From: an uncultured virus (IMG/VR IMGVR_UViG_3300035670_000166) | Taxonomy: Duplodnaviria; Heunggongvirae; Uroviricota; Caudoviricetes | Virus record (IMG/VR): IMGVR_UViG_3300035670_000166 | Strand: one strand, 5' to 3' | DNA: 64,000 nucleotides | In this document: one piece after another, positions 52,551-63,799 of the stretch | Layout of the letters: every line of letters starts with the position of its first letter | How positions within the stretch are numbered: position 1 is the stretch's first letter | Translations under genes and position numbers: made by a program | The notes under the pieces: generated by a model | Databases searched by the model: none | Seen by the model: the letters and a program-made list of their open reading frames with translations, nothing else | What the model was told of the DNA's origin: nothing

Positions 52551-55500
52551 GTGGCTGACTATACGATCCGAGTTGTCGCAGAGACCAAAGAAGCCGATGA
52601 TAAAGTCAATAAGCTAGACAAGCGTCTAAGCAACATCAGCCAAGACAAGAAAATCAACATAAGCATCCCAAGCATAAATGACACTATAGCTGGGGTAAAG
52701 CAATTAGGAGAGGCATTAGGAACAACATACAAGATAGCGCGCCAAATGCCTATCATAGGCGGCCGCATCCAAGACATTGAAGACCTAGGAGATATAGCAT
52801 CTAAAACTGGAGAAAAAGTCGTAAAAGCCTTCAAGTTAATTTCCAGTGCAACTCCAGGAAATTTACTAGGCACATCAATTAGCGCGTCGCTAAACGGGGT
52901 CGACAGCCTAGCTAAAGCCACAGCCAACCTCGGCTACACCGTATTTGGAGTAACTCAATCTGTAAACACACTAAAAAGTGCATTCGGAGCTTTCTTTAAC
53001 GATACCATCGGAAGGGAGATCCAGCTACAAGAAGCCTTATTGCGTACAAAGACAACTCTAGTATCTACGGCAGATGTCGCAGTCAACGGTCGCCGTATAA
53101 CGGATCCCTACGAAGCGATTCTAAAACTAGAAAAACCGATAAACAACACAATCGACAACATCAGACAACGTTCCCTTGAAATTGCCGGTACAACGTCCGA
53201 AGCCATTGTTCAAGTCTTCGGCGTCGTAGCATCTCAAATCGGAAACATCGGAGGCGGTCTAAAGGACGCTGAAGATCTGGCTATTACTTTTAGTGCCGCG
53301 CTCGGTACCCTCGGGCTATCTGACCCGACGTATGCCACTCAGGAAATCCGCTCCATCCTGACCGGCACGATCGACCAGAACTCAGTCCTAGCGCGCTCCC
53401 TAGGACTCACCAACGAGGACGTCACCAAAGCGAAGAACTCTGCTGAGGGTTTGGTTGCCTTTTTGCAGAAGCGACTCTCAGCCTTCACCGCTGGTCAAGC
53501 GATGGCCGCAAAGGGCTTCGCCGGCATCACCAGCAACATCGCTGAGTTCCAAGACGAGCTGAAGCGTGCCTTTGGTAAAGGACTTCTAGCCCCACTTCTT
53601 GATGGGTTGACCATCCTGTACGAGCGCCTCCAGCTCGTCTTCAAAAGTTCCTTCGGGATCGCAGACGCACTGGGTAAAGCCTTTGGAGCAGTCGCACGAG
53701 GTGTCGTGGGCGCTGCGGCAGCGGCCCCAACCCTTGCCAACTTCAGTCAACGCCGCCAAATCGGTGTAGGGCAGCAAGGCGAGCAGGCCGCTGTTCAGAT
53801 GTTCCTACAGATCCAGAGCGCGGTAGACAGCTTGCGTCCTCAGATCGCAACTCTGGCGGATCAAGCCGTGAAAGCGGTAGCGCAGATCGCAAGTGGATTA
53901 GCAAATCTGGCAAAAGGCTTCACTGCTTTTAAGTTTGAGCAATTCAAGATCTATCTCAGCGCTCTGATCGGTATCGGTGAAGTACTGAACAAAACAGTAA
54001 TCCCCGCATTTACCGCACTGCTAAATATATACGGTGAAATTCTAAAGAATCCCATAGCTCAGTACCTAAATCAGCTCGGAGCGCAGTTCGATGTTTTGAA
54101 CCGCGTAGGTGTACTTCCTTTGGCGAAGACTTTATTTGTACTTCGCAATGTTGTTCCAAGCGTTCTTGATACCGTACAAAAGCTAGGACAAGGCTTCAAC
54201 TGGCTCAAAGTACAGCTTGCGGGTGTCGCTGATCTGATACTCACTGGCTTTTCTGCAGCTATCGCAGGTGCCTCAACCTTAGTGTCAAATCTAGGTCGAG
54301 TACTCGTCACAGCAGTTACAACGGGCATAACTGCCCTGATTGTCGGACTACGAGCTGCAGTTGTTCAGCTTGGCGTCTTCTTAATTCAGATAGCTGAGCT
54401 CGTGCAACAGTCTGGTCCGAAATTCGGACAAGTCGCTGTTTTTATTAGTCAGATCGGGCAGGCACTGCTAGGCGTAGACGCAGCTTTCCAAAAAGCTCAA
54501 ATTAGTGTTGCTCAGTTCGGCATAAAGACAGCTAATGCTCTTGACAGTCTGCAGGTAAAAACACAACAAGTACGACAAGGTATCGCAGACTTAAATACTA
54601 GCGTTAGAGATAACTTAGGGAAAGCCAGCCAAACAGTAGGCTCCAAAATAAAGGAAATGATCACGAGCTTTGTAAGTTTCTCTCTACAGCTCGTTGCCCT
54701 ACAGCTAGCAATTACTCTAGCTTTTGATCTGTTCCAGCGTTTTCAACGGGCCCAACAAGAGATCGCCGACCAAACACGCGCAGAACTGGCAGTCAAACGA
54801 CTGAGCACTGTTTACGCCGAGGTCGGAGAAAACGCCACAGCGGCAACCAAAGCAGCCAAAGCGTTTGAGCAACAAATACTCAGTAGTCGTGTAGACGACC
54901 TAACTAAAAAGCTGGGTGGCCTAGTAGATCAATACACCAAACTGAGAGACCTCGAGGCCGAGATAGCTTCGAGCTCCGGCGGAGCTGATAACATAGCCGC
55001 AAATGCTAAAGCATTCTTCTTAAGCTTTAGCCAGAGTCTAGATCCTCAGGAGATCCGCACACAAATTGCACGAGTTAGAGACGAGTTAAATCGCTTAGCT
55101 GAGTTCCAAGATCGGATAAAAGAGAATGATAAAGCCAAGGACGACGTTCAGATACTTGCCAAGGAACGCCTAGGACTTGAGAAAGAGCTGAAAGAGGTCC
55201 GCAAACAGCTAACAAAAGAGATCACAGATTTTGAATGGAGTGAGCGGCAGAAATCTCTGCAATTAGAGCAGCAGATGCGTGATGCGCTGGCACAGGAGCA
55301 GCGTTCTCAGCTAGAAGAGCGTCAGCGAATTGAGAATCGGGGATTAAGTGATATAGGCAACAATCTCAAACAAATCTTTGACGAGTACGAGACAGCTCTC
55401 TTCGACGCGCAGGTCGAAAGCCAGCGTCAGCAGACCGAGCTCGTTATCAAACGCAATGAGATTGAAAAACAACTAAGCGACTACAAATACAAGCTTGAAG

Positions 55501-58178
55501 AGCAGACATTAAAGCTCCGCGAGAAGATGGGGCAGATGAACAAGAAAATCGTAGATTACGAAGCAGCACAACGGATTCGCGCATCCAAAGAAGCCTTACG
55601 CTACGCCTTACAAGCGGCAGCCATCCAAGGTGAAGACTTTGTAGTTACTGACGAAGACAAGAAGAATTTCCTTAATGCCGCTGCTCAACAAGGCGTTAGT
55701 GCCGAGCGCGCCCTAGCCCTTCTTAAAACTGGAGCTGGACGCGACCTCGGTCTCAGTAGCGCGACACCTGCTCAGCAAGTCATTGCCGCACTAAAAGAGA
55801 ACTATGCGGGAGCTTTGACCATGTCTGCTCCCGAGTTTGAGAATGCGTTGAATATGAGAGCCAAAGCCTTTATGGGTCAGTCCCAAGGCGGAACTTTTGC
55901 TCTTCAATTAGCAGAACAGGAGCTAGGTACTGGGCGGTTTAAGCGCACAGCTCCCGTAGCGCCGCCCAAGATGGAGGAGTTGGGTTCGTTCGTGGATATT
56001 GGCGGTAACACTGCACGCATGCGCGCCAGTCTCGAAAGCAACTTTGTTCTAGCTCGAGAGCTCGTAGACAGGACAAGCGCAATCCGTGACAATCAAGACT
56101 TGGCTCGATTCCTAGAACGCCTCGGAGACCCGGCTAACTGGGGTGTGGCCGCAGCTGAAGTGGGGCGACTCGACAAAGAAATACTGCAGCTCAAGAACGA
56201 CACCGAAGCTCTTAGCAAATCTATTGCCAGCGGATTAACTGATCCGTCAGCTCTTCAAAGCATCACGCCTGTTAAAACCGCTATAGATGTATTCCTGACT
56301 CAGGTTTATGATCAACTCGCCAAGAGCTCTCTTCTAAAAGGTGTATCCCCAGACATTATCTCAAGCAACAAGCAAGGAGTATCTGATGTCTTAAGGAGTG
56401 CCGCAACAGGCAATACGTCTCTAGCAGCAGCCCGCGCTGAGATTGATCGCTTACTTGGTGGCGCGCCCATACTTGCAGACGCGATCAAAGCAATACTTGG
56501 AGATCCTGGCAAGAACACTGGAATCATTGGCGCCCTACGCAATGCCGCCGATTTAACCAAGCGTCAATCGCAGCTTCTGCTAGAAACCCTTAGAAATGAC
56601 TTCACCAAGCTCATACAGCAAGCTATCGATATTCGTCCTGGAGTTCAAGGGCTGCTTGATCGCTTCAGTCAAGCTCAACAAGCACTGATTCTTCCGGGTT
56701 ACTCACTTGAGAATGTAAACCGACGCTCAGATCTAGCTGCTCAGACTTATCTGGGCTCGCAGTTGAACCGACTGACACCCGAGCAACGAGCTGCAAATCC
56801 GAACTTAGTTCCAGAGCTCCAAGCCCAGGCAAATCAGCTCGCAGAAAACTACCGCCGTACCAACGAACAGCTAGATCCACTGAATAGAGCCGTGGGGAAC
56901 TTCGAGCAGCGGCTCGGAATGGCTGTCGCAGCTACGGAGGCATACGCCACAGCCAGTCGTGGCCTTCTCGAGAGCCTCTTCAGCGGAACCACCGACTTCC
57001 GGGAAGCACTAAGCAATTTCACACAGACTATTGGCCAAGGATTCGTACAGCAATTCCTCGATATTGCAATGGCACCCATGCAAGAGCAAGTGTTTGACCG
57101 TATGAAGAAGCTATTCGGTGTCGAATCAGCTCAGGAGAAAGTCAACCGAGAATTTGCCAACACCGGCATTAAATTCGATACCGCAGTAAGCACCTTTGAT
57201 GCTGCGGTCAACACTTTCCGCTCTAGTCTCAGTGCAGGCATTGGTGGTCCCGACCTTGATGCCAACACCTCAGGTCTCCCTTACGGCATCCGGATTGGCG
57301 ACACCGTCGGTTCTTTAGCACCAAGAAAACAAGTACCTGCAGCCGGCATCAAACTTCCCGCCCTTACCGGAGCCGAGTCCGAGTACGAAATGATGACGCG
57401 GCTCGGGAACCTTGGGCCTGACTACATCACAGAGATCGAGGGCATGGTCGAGCAGTCCTTCAAAGGCATTGGCGAGTCCCTAACCCAACTTGGCACCGTC
57501 GCCGAAACCACTGGCCAACAGACCGGTAACGCCGCCAAATCCGGCGAGCAAGGCTTCGGCAAGTTCCTCGGCGCCATGACCGGCGTCGCCACTGGCGCCC
57601 TTGCCATCACCGGCGCCATCCAAGCGATGCAGGACTCCGAGGGCGGCACCTACGGCACCCTCATGGGCATCGCCGGCGTCCTCGGCGGCCTCGGTGCCAT
57701 CGCCGGCGGCATCGGCGGAATCATGAAGCCCCCCGGCCGTGCCGCCGGCGGCCCCGTTTCCGCCCGCCGCCCCTACATCGTCGGTGAGATCGGCCCCGAG
57801 CTCTTCGTCCCCGAAGGCAACGGCACGATCATCCCCAACGACAAGATCGCTTTCACGGGCAGGTCCGGAGCAGGCTCCAGCACCGAGGGCGGCTCCATCT
57901 CCAACGCCTTCTCCACCCTCTACGGCGCTGCGATCCCTTTCACCAAATCCACCGAGCGAGCCATGGCCGAGCGCTCCGAGCGCGAAACCGTCTCCGCCAT
58001 CAACAATCCCAAGCCCCTCGACGTCCGCTTCGAGTCCCAGGTCATCAACAACGTGACCTACGTCACCGCCGAGCAGCACCAGCGCGGTATGGCCCAAGCC
58101 GCCGAGCGCGGTCGCGCCTTGACCCTCGAAGCGCTGCAGAACAGCGTCACCTCTCGCCGCAAGGTCGGTATCAACTGA
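52551..58178 (+). CDS. Tail tape measure protein
   Basis: 1875 aa helical Ala/Leu-rich protein; C-terminal RAAGGPV....YIVGEIGPELFVP. Confidence 0.92.
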   Translation: MADYTIRVVAETKEADDKVNKLDKRLSNISQDKKINISIPSINDTIAGVKQLGEALGTTYKIARQMPIIGGRIQDIEDLGDIASKTGEKVVKAFKLISSATPGNLLGTSISASLNGVDSLAKATANLGYTVFGVTQSVNTLKSAFGAFFNDTIGREIQLQEALLRTKTTLVSTADVAVNGRRITDPYEAILKLEKPINNTIDNIRQRSLEIAGTTSEAIVQVFGVVASQIGNIGGGLKDAEDLAITFSAALGTLGLSDPTYATQEIRSILTGTIDQNSVLARSLGLTNEDVTKAKNSAEGLVAFLQKRLSAFTAGQAMAAKGFAGITSNIAEFQDELKRAFGKGLLAPLLDGLTILYERLQLVFKSSFGIADALGKAFGAVARGVVGAAAAAPTLANFSQRRQIGVGQQGEQAAVQMFLQIQSAVDSLRPQIATLADQAVKAVAQIASGLANLAKGFTAFKFEQFKIYLSALIGIGEVLNKTVIPAFTALLNIYGEILKNPIAQYLNQLGAQFDVLNRVGVLPLAKTLFVLRNVVPSVLDTVQKLGQGFNWLKVQLAGVADLILTGFSAAIAGASTLVSNLGRVLVTAVTTGITALIVGLRAAVVQLGVFLIQIAELVQQSGPKFGQVAVFISQIGQALLGVDAAFQKAQISVAQFGIKTANALDSLQVKTQQVRQGIADLNTSVRDNLGKASQTVGSKIKEMITSFVSFSLQLVALQLAITLAFDLFQRFQRAQQEIADQTRAELAVKRLSTVYAEVGENATAATKAAKAFEQQILSSRVDDLTKKLGGLVDQYTKLRDLEAEIASSSGGADNIAANAKAFFLSFSQSLDPQEIRTQIARVRDELNRLAEFQDRIKENDKAKDDVQILAKERLGLEKELKEVRKQLTKEITDFEWSERQKSLQLEQQMRDALAQEQRSQLEERQRIENRGLSDIGNNLKQIFDEYETALFDAQVESQRQQTELVIKRNEIEKQLSDYKYKLEEQTLKLREKMGQMNKKIVDYEAAQRIRASKEALRYALQAAAIQGEDFVVTDEDKKNFLNAAAQQGVSAERALALLKTGAGRDLGLSSATPAQQVIAALKENYAGALTMSAPEFENALNMRAKAFMGQSQGGTFALQLAEQELGTGRFKRTAPVAPPKMEELGSFVDIGGNTARMRASLESNFVLARELVDRTSAIRDNQDLARFLERLGDPANWGVAAAEVGRLDKEILQLKNDTEALSKSIASGLTDPSALQSITPVKTAIDVFLTQVYDQLAKSSLLKGVSPDIISSNKQGVSDVLRSAATGNTSLAAARAEIDRLLGGAPILADAIKAILGDPGKNTGIIGALRNAADLTKRQSQLLLETLRNDFTKLIQQAIDIRPGVQGLLDRFSQAQQALILPGYSLENVNRRSDLAAQTYLGSQLNRLTPEQRAANPNLVPELQAQANQLAENYRRTNEQLDPLNRAVGNFEQRLGMAVAATEAYATASRGLLESLFSGTTDFREALSNFTQTIGQGFVQQFLDIAMAPMQEQVFDRMKKLFGVESAQEKVNREFANTGIKFDTAVSTFDAAVNTFRSSLSAGIGGPDLDANTSGLPYGIRIGDTVGSLAPRKQVPAAGIKLPALTGAESEYEMMTRLGNLGPDYITEIEGMVEQSFKGIGESLTQLGTVAETTGQQTGNAAKSGEQGFGKFLGAMTGVATGALAITGAIQAMQDSEGGTYGTLMGIAGVLGGLGAIAGGIGGIMKPPGRAAGGPVSARRPYIVGEIGPELFVPEGNGTIIPNDKIAFTGRSGAGSSTEGGSISNAFSTLYGAAIPFTKSTERAMAERSERETVSAINNPKPLDVRFESQVINNVTYVTAEQHQRGMAQAAERGRALTLEALQNSVTSRRKVGIN

Positions 58179-58657
58179 TGAGCACCTTCGCCTTCGTCAA
58201 CTACGCCCGCTTCACCCAGCGCAACGGAGCAGCCACCTCACCGGTGCATGCCTACCAGAACTTCTCAGTGAACCAGCCCCGCATCTACGGCGGCGTGACC
58301 TACCAATTCGTCCCCTTCGCCGTCTCCACCGGTGCCGGCAGTAAAGGAGGCGACCGCTCCGAAGCCACCCTCGGTGCCGGCACCAACGCCATCACCGTCA
58401 ACGTCTTCACCGAGGCCGTGAACTCCGGCTGGCTTCTCGAACTCAAGACCGTCTCCTTGAACCCCGAGACCTTCGCCGACACCGCCCTGATCCGCACCGA
58501 GATCTGGCGCGTCGCCCGCTACGAGATGGACACCGAAAAGATCCTGCTCAAACTCACCTCGCCCCTGGACGCCGTCCGCGAGCAGGTGCCCAACCGCTAC
58601 CTGAACACGCGACTGGTCGGCGCCCTCCCGACCTCGGCAACGTTGGTGGTGAGCTGA
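58178..58657 (+). CDS. Minor tail protein (tail tip L-like)
   Basis: Follows the TMP; YQFVPF, L.SPLDAV..Q.P.R. Confidence 0.7.
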   Translation: MSTFAFVNYARFTQRNGAATSPVHAYQNFSVNQPRIYGGVTYQFVPFAVSTGAGSKGGDRSEATLGAGTNAITVNVFTEAVNSGWLLELKTVSLNPETFADTALIRTEIWRVARYEMDTEKILLKLTSPLDAVREQVPNRYLNTRLVGALPTSATLVVS

Positions 58658-59034
58658 TGCCGACCTGGATGCGCTGGATCGGTCTCCCCCACGGCTTCGG
58701 CGCCCACCCCGAGGACGGCATCGCCTGCGACTGCTTGCTGATGGTCTGGTCCGTCCTCGACGAGGCCGGCGTCCACCATCCCCCCTTTGTCCAGGAATGG
58801 CTTGACTTGGCCAGGGAGGGGCACTGGCGTGACCTGCAGAAGTTATGGGATGCCGGCACCCGAATACTCCAGGAACCCCAGCCCTACGCGGTCACGTTGT
58901 TCCACAACGGCCCCAACGGCCTGGGCGTCGGCGTGGTGGTTGATGACGGCCTGCTCATGGTCCACCACAAACGCGGCGTCTGCTGGATCCCCCTCGCAGT
59001 GATGAAACGCCTCCCCTACTACGAGTTCGTCTGA
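58657..59034 (+). CDS. NlpC/P60-like tail assembly protein (lambda K-like)
   Basis: WIGLPH.FG.......DC. Confidence 0.7.
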   Translation: MPTWMRWIGLPHGFGAHPEDGIACDCLLMVWSVLDEAGVHHPPFVQEWLDLAREGHWRDLQKLWDAGTRILQEPQPYAVTLFHNGPNGLGVGVVVDDGLLMVHHKRGVCWIPLAVMKRLPYYEFV

Positions 59035-62000
59035 TGTCCGACCCTCGGATCCTCCCCGCCGACCGCTACCTCGCCTCCCTGCTGGGCATCAGCGACGAGG
59101 ACTACGCCCTCTTCAAAGCCGAGGTCGAAAAACGCGCCGCCGAAGGCCCCCAGCCGTCGGTCGTAGCCGGCGCCGAAACCCTCGCGATCATCTCCCTGGT
59201 GCTGACCGTCCTCTCGGTCGGCTTCACCATCGCAGCGTCCTTCTTCAAGCCTCAGCCCGACGACACGCGCCCCGCCCAGCTCAAGAGCCGCAACCGCGGG
59301 GGCCGCGCCCGCACCGAGAACGAACGCTTCGCCCCGCGCTACGGCTTCGACTCCGCCCAGGACATCACCACCCTCGGCGCCATCGTCCCGTTGGTTTACG
59401 CCCTCCGCGAAATCACCGGCGGCGTGACCTACGGCGGCGTCCGCGTCAACACCTCCCTGCTCTGGTCCCAGATCTACAGCCTCGGCGGCTCCCAGATGCT
59501 GCGGGCCATCTTCCTCATCGGGGAAGGTCCCATCGGCGCCATTGACATTCAGAACTTCGCCGCCGGTGGCAACACCCTTGCCTCCTACAACTACGGCAGT
59601 GGCACCGCCGCAGGTAGCCGCATGACGGTGTACGGGCGCTACACCGCAGCCCACGGCCTCACCAGCCGCATCAACTCCACGCACTACGTCTTCGGCCGCA
59701 ACCCGAGCACAGACAAAGGCGCCGCCAGCACCGGCGACATTTTCCTGGTGAACGGAGCCGCCAGCTTCAGCAGCGCCAACCGCCCCAACAACCAGACCAC
59801 CTTCGGCGTTTACAACCTGATCGGCAACGACTTCGGCTTCCGCCTGAACCCCACGATCAAACCCATCGTCCAAGCCCAGCTCATCCCCGAGGGCGATGAC
59901 GGTGATGCCAAAGTCAAATGCACCATCGATGACGTCGCTTGGGTCCAGAAGAGGAAAGCCCAGACCTACTTCTCATCGCGTGGAGCAATCACCAGCAGCG
60001 GCCTCGGGAGTATCGGCGGTACCACCTCCTACACGCTATACAACAGCACAGACAAAGACACCGTCTTCAGCAGGGACGTCAAGAGCCTGACCACCCCAAG
60101 CGACTGGGTGTTCTCAAAGGAAACCAGGGCAAAACAAGGCGCGGGGACCTTTGTCAAGTCCATCAACAAGGGCTTTGCCCACTACCACGACGACACCGAG
60201 GACGAGAACACAACAATCATCGGCGACCTCGAAAGCCGCATCAGCGCCAGCATCTCCGGCCCGATCACTGTTGACTCCAAGGGGAAGGGCTCGTTCAACG
60301 TCAACGTCACCTTCAACACATCCGGCCTCCAGGACAGCGATAACGACAACGAAGATCTAAACCTCTTCTTACAGACACTCAAGGCAGTCCGCTTTGTCTT
60401 GAAGTGGAAAAACGACCTCTCTGCCGATGACCCCGAGGACGATGTCGTCATTCGCCTGCCCCTACAGGTTCTTGTCAAGACAAAGGTCAAGCAGCAATTC
60501 ACATCCGATGGAGGAACGGTCTCGGCACCGACATTGAGTGTGACCAAAAACGGGGACGGACTGGTTACGAATGTATCTATCGCCGGCGGAGGTGGCACGA
60601 TTTCAGGCTTATCCACCACGCAATCATTCAGTACTCCTCAATTCAAATTCAAGAAAATCCCCCAGATGATCGCCAGCTCCGGCAAAGTCAACGCGGGGTC
60701 GAACGTAACCGGAACCTTCACACTCAAATTCAACGCCAAGAAGGCTTACATCGAGACCGCTGATGACGTAGCCGCCAGCGTCTCCGGTCGCCAGAAAACC
60801 TGGGACGACAACCTTATCGAGGGCGAACTGTACAAAATCGGATCCGGCCTCGCAATCTGCACCGACCGCACTGCAAGTGCCTTCGTCTCCGACGCGGATA
60901 TCAGCTCAGGCTCAGGGAGCTCCGTCACCGCGTCATTCACTACGGTGCGCACCGGCTCCGTCACCACCAACAGCTCGAGCCAAGCCCAACTGGACGGCTG
61001 GACTTGGAACGAATCCCGCCCCTCCGTCGAATGGCGCAACGTCGCCTCGACCGACGGTCACATCCTCCGCTGCGCCATTGCCAGCATCTCGACAACCCGA
61101 GCCTGCAAGACCGTCGAGATCGGCATCCGCTCTCGGCTCGGCATCCGGGTCGGCGGCATCTGCAACTTCAAAGAGTCGCTCAGCTTCGACGACTGCGATA
61201 ACCGTGCCTGCCTCGACTACAAGGACGACATCATCGAAAAAGGCAGCACCCTCAAAACAGACATTCACCAGTCGAACACGATCTCTGCTCCGGTTGAGCG
61301 ATACTCGTTCTTCGCCATCTATTACCGAGAAGCCGGCAGCACCAACACATTCACCAAACTTAGCAACGCCTACGGCGTCCGCGGAGCTACCCAGCAAAAC
61401 GTCTTCAACTATATCCAGCTCGAAATGCCTACCGTAAAACAGTGGGAATTCCAAATCGAGCCCTACTCGAGCTTTGAAGTGCGCAACGGGGGCATTGGCA
61501 CGCTGTACGTGCTCGACGCAGCCCTGAGTACAGCGCAAACGGTCAGCGAGGGCGGTGTCACAGTGCGCTTCACCGGCACCTCCGTTGCCCAATCCGAAAA
61601 CACCTTCTCTATCCCTGTTGGTCGCCGGCGCAGTGCTAAGAACGGCCTTGGAATCGCCCGCTCCGACACCCCCTACGCCAACGGCGACTACTCCTACATC
61701 GACACCTGGGGCAAGCTCGCCGAAGCCTTCGTCTACGAGGAGATTCAATCCTCAGCCGCCAATGGCCCCGAGCACGAGGTCGTCTACATCAACGAGATCG
61801 TCCCCAACCCCATAGCACCCCTCTACGACAACCTGGCGCTGCTCGGGGTCAACATCATGTCCTCGGTCGAGTGGCAACAGTTCAACCAGTTCTCCTGCTA
61901 CGTCACCGCGGGTAAGACCTGCCGACGCCTGCTCAACGGCCTCAGCACCGGCTCGACGCACCTGTTCCCGGACGTCCTGCTCGACCTGCTGACGAACACC

Positions 62001-62978
62001 ACCTACGGCGCCGGAAACCTGATCACCGACCAGATGATCGACTTCACCTCCTTCCAGGAGGCCGCTCAATGGTGCCAGGACAGTAGGTATTTCTACGACG
62101 GCGTGATCGCTGACCGCGTCAACCTCCGCCAGTGGGCCGCGGACATCGCCGCTACGCATCTGCTGATCTTCGGCGAGCGCGACGGCAAGTTCTTCCTGCG
62201 CCGGGCATTGCCCACCACCGCAGTCACGATCCGTGGCCTTTTCACCGCAGGCAATATCGCCGAGGGCTCCTTCCAGCTCCAATACTTGGACCCCGAAGAC
62301 CGCGACCCCATTCAGGTCTCCGTCCGTTACCGCGAAGAGCGTGCCTCCACGGACCTGACCAACCCCGGCCTCTTCCCCGTCGTCCGCGAGGTGATCGTCC
62401 GCGAAGCCTCTACCCCCGAGGGCGCCACGATGCAGTCCCTCGACATGAGTGACTACTGCACCAACGCGGCGCACGCCATCGACGCCGCGAAGTACATCAT
62501 CCGGATGCGCCGGATCCCCACCCACTCGATCCGCTTCACCACAACCCACGAGGGCGTCCTCGCTCAGATGGCCCCCAGCGACTACATCCGCGTCGCCATG
62601 GACAGCACCGAGTACGACCAGTTCAACAATGGGGTCGTCACTGCCTCTGGGACCCTGGTCTCGACCAAGTCTCTGAACGACGGCGCCTACAACGTGATCG
62701 CTTGGAACGGCGAGGCCGCCACCGCTCCCTACGACACCACCTTGCGTGTCAACGCTGGCGGAACACAAGCCACTCCCACCGGCATTGTCTTCACCGTCAA
62801 AGTCCCGAGCACGCAGGTTCGCACCTACCAAATCGAGCGCATCACGCCCAACGACGATGGCACCTTTACGATTGAGGCGGTACACATGCCCACCAACGGA
62901 TCGGGCGTGCTGAACCTCGCCGAGAGCATCGAGCTCGGTGGTACAGCGTCCTCCGCCAACTGGACGATTCAAGGCTGA
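59034..62978 (+). CDS. Tail tip / central fibre host-specificity protein (lambda J-like)
   Basis: 1314 aa; VPLVY, GEGPI, Y.DG......R.W, LF..GNI. Confidence 0.85.
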   Translation: MSDPRILPADRYLASLLGISDEDYALFKAEVEKRAAEGPQPSVVAGAETLAIISLVLTVLSVGFTIAASFFKPQPDDTRPAQLKSRNRGGRARTENERFAPRYGFDSAQDITTLGAIVPLVYALREITGGVTYGGVRVNTSLLWSQIYSLGGSQMLRAIFLIGEGPIGAIDIQNFAAGGNTLASYNYGSGTAAGSRMTVYGRYTAAHGLTSRINSTHYVFGRNPSTDKGAASTGDIFLVNGAASFSSANRPNNQTTFGVYNLIGNDFGFRLNPTIKPIVQAQLIPEGDDGDAKVKCTIDDVAWVQKRKAQTYFSSRGAITSSGLGSIGGTTSYTLYNSTDKDTVFSRDVKSLTTPSDWVFSKETRAKQGAGTFVKSINKGFAHYHDDTEDENTTIIGDLESRISASISGPITVDSKGKGSFNVNVTFNTSGLQDSDNDNEDLNLFLQTLKAVRFVLKWKNDLSADDPEDDVVIRLPLQVLVKTKVKQQFTSDGGTVSAPTLSVTKNGDGLVTNVSIAGGGGTISGLSTTQSFSTPQFKFKKIPQMIASSGKVNAGSNVTGTFTLKFNAKKAYIETADDVAASVSGRQKTWDDNLIEGELYKIGSGLAICTDRTASAFVSDADISSGSGSSVTASFTTVRTGSVTTNSSSQAQLDGWTWNESRPSVEWRNVASTDGHILRCAIASISTTRACKTVEIGIRSRLGIRVGGICNFKESLSFDDCDNRACLDYKDDIIEKGSTLKTDIHQSNTISAPVERYSFFAIYYREAGSTNTFTKLSNAYGVRGATQQNVFNYIQLEMPTVKQWEFQIEPYSSFEVRNGGIGTLYVLDAALSTAQTVSEGGVTVRFTGTSVAQSENTFSIPVGRRRSAKNGLGIARSDTPYANGDYSYIDTWGKLAEAFVYEEIQSSAANGPEHEVVYINEIVPNPIAPLYDNLALLGVNIMSSVEWQQFNQFSCYVTAGKTCRRLLNGLSTGSTHLFPDVLLDLLTNTTYGAGNLITDQMIDFTSFQEAAQWCQDSRYFYDGVIADRVNLRQWAADIAATHLLIFGERDGKFFLRRALPTTAVTIRGLFTAGNIAEGSFQLQYLDPEDRDPIQVSVRYREERASTDLTNPGLFPVVREVIVREASTPEGATMQSLDMSDYCTNAAHAIDAAKYIIRMRRIPTHSIRFTTTHEGVLAQMAPSDYIRVAMDSTEYDQFNNGVVTASGTLVSTKSLNDGAYNVIAWNGEAATAPYDTTLRVNAGGTQATPTGIVFTVKVPSTQVRTYQIERITPNDDGTFTIEAVHMPTNGSGVLNLAESIELGGTASSANWTIQG

Positions 62979-63382
62979 TGGCTGTCACGTTCCCCAGCAT
63001 CGAACCGACGAGCCGCAGCTTCGTCGCCCCAAAGTGGCCCACCACGGGGATCACCAGCCAGTCAGGTGTCACCACCCGACGCCTGTGGGGCAGCCACCCC
63101 TCACAAGCTCAGCTCACACTCAACTTCGCCAATATCACTGATGACAACGCCGCGCTAATACTTGCAGCTTATAACAACGCCAAAGGTGCGACTACAGATC
63201 TTACGCTTCCAGCAATTATTTTCCAGGGAGCCTCCAGTAACTTAACCGGCTGGCTAAATACAACACTAAGCGGCGGCGGAATCAAATGGTTCTTCTCCGA
63301 AGACCCGCCAAGTATCGACAGCGTGGCTCCGGGGCGCTCATCTGTGAATCTTCGTCTGGTCGCGGAACTTAGACTGAACTGA
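62978..63382 (+). CDS. Minor tail protein
   Basis: FP...PT.R; L.L.F.NI; W.F...P. Confidence 0.65.
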   Translation: MAVTFPSIEPTSRSFVAPKWPTTGITSQSGVTTRRLWGSHPSQAQLTLNFANITDDNAALILAAYNNAKGATTDLTLPAIIFQGASSNLTGWLNTTLSGGGIKWFFSEDPPSIDSVAPGRSSVNLRLVAELRLN

Positions 63383-63400
63383 AATTCGAGGCGGGTAGCC

Positions 63401-63799
63401 ATGGCCGTAAAGACAGCTGCCACCGCTGAACTGCAGTTTGGCGGAGCTGTTATTGGCAAAGTGCGAGATATCAAACTCGATATCAATCGTGACGCATTAG
63501 AGACGACAGGAATCGGACAAACAGACCGTACATACGTCTACGGCGTTCGCAGCACCAGTGGCAGCGGAACACTGCTCTACGACTCCACCGACACGGCGAC
63601 CCGCAATGTGATGAACACGCTACTCAGCGACTCACAATCACTGTCACGGGTGAAGCTCGTGCTGGACACCGCAACAACCCTAGGCACAATCGAGGGCGAT
63701 GTTGTAGTGACCCAAGCCGGCGTCAGCGTCAGCGTCGGAGATGTAGTCAGCGTCCCGATCAGTTTCAACGTCAGCGGAAAACCTAGCGGTAGCTTCTGA
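63401..63799 (+). CDS. Tail-tube-like minor tail protein
   Basis: LETT..G..DRTYV.G.RS.SGS.TL.Y...F..SG. Confidence 0.7.
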   Translation: MAVKTAATAELQFGGAVIGKVRDIKLDINRDALETTGIGQTDRTYVYGVRSTSGSGTLLYDSTDTATRNVMNTLLSDSQSLSRVKLVLDTATTLGTIEGDVVVTQAGVSVSVGDVVSVPISFNVSGKPSGSF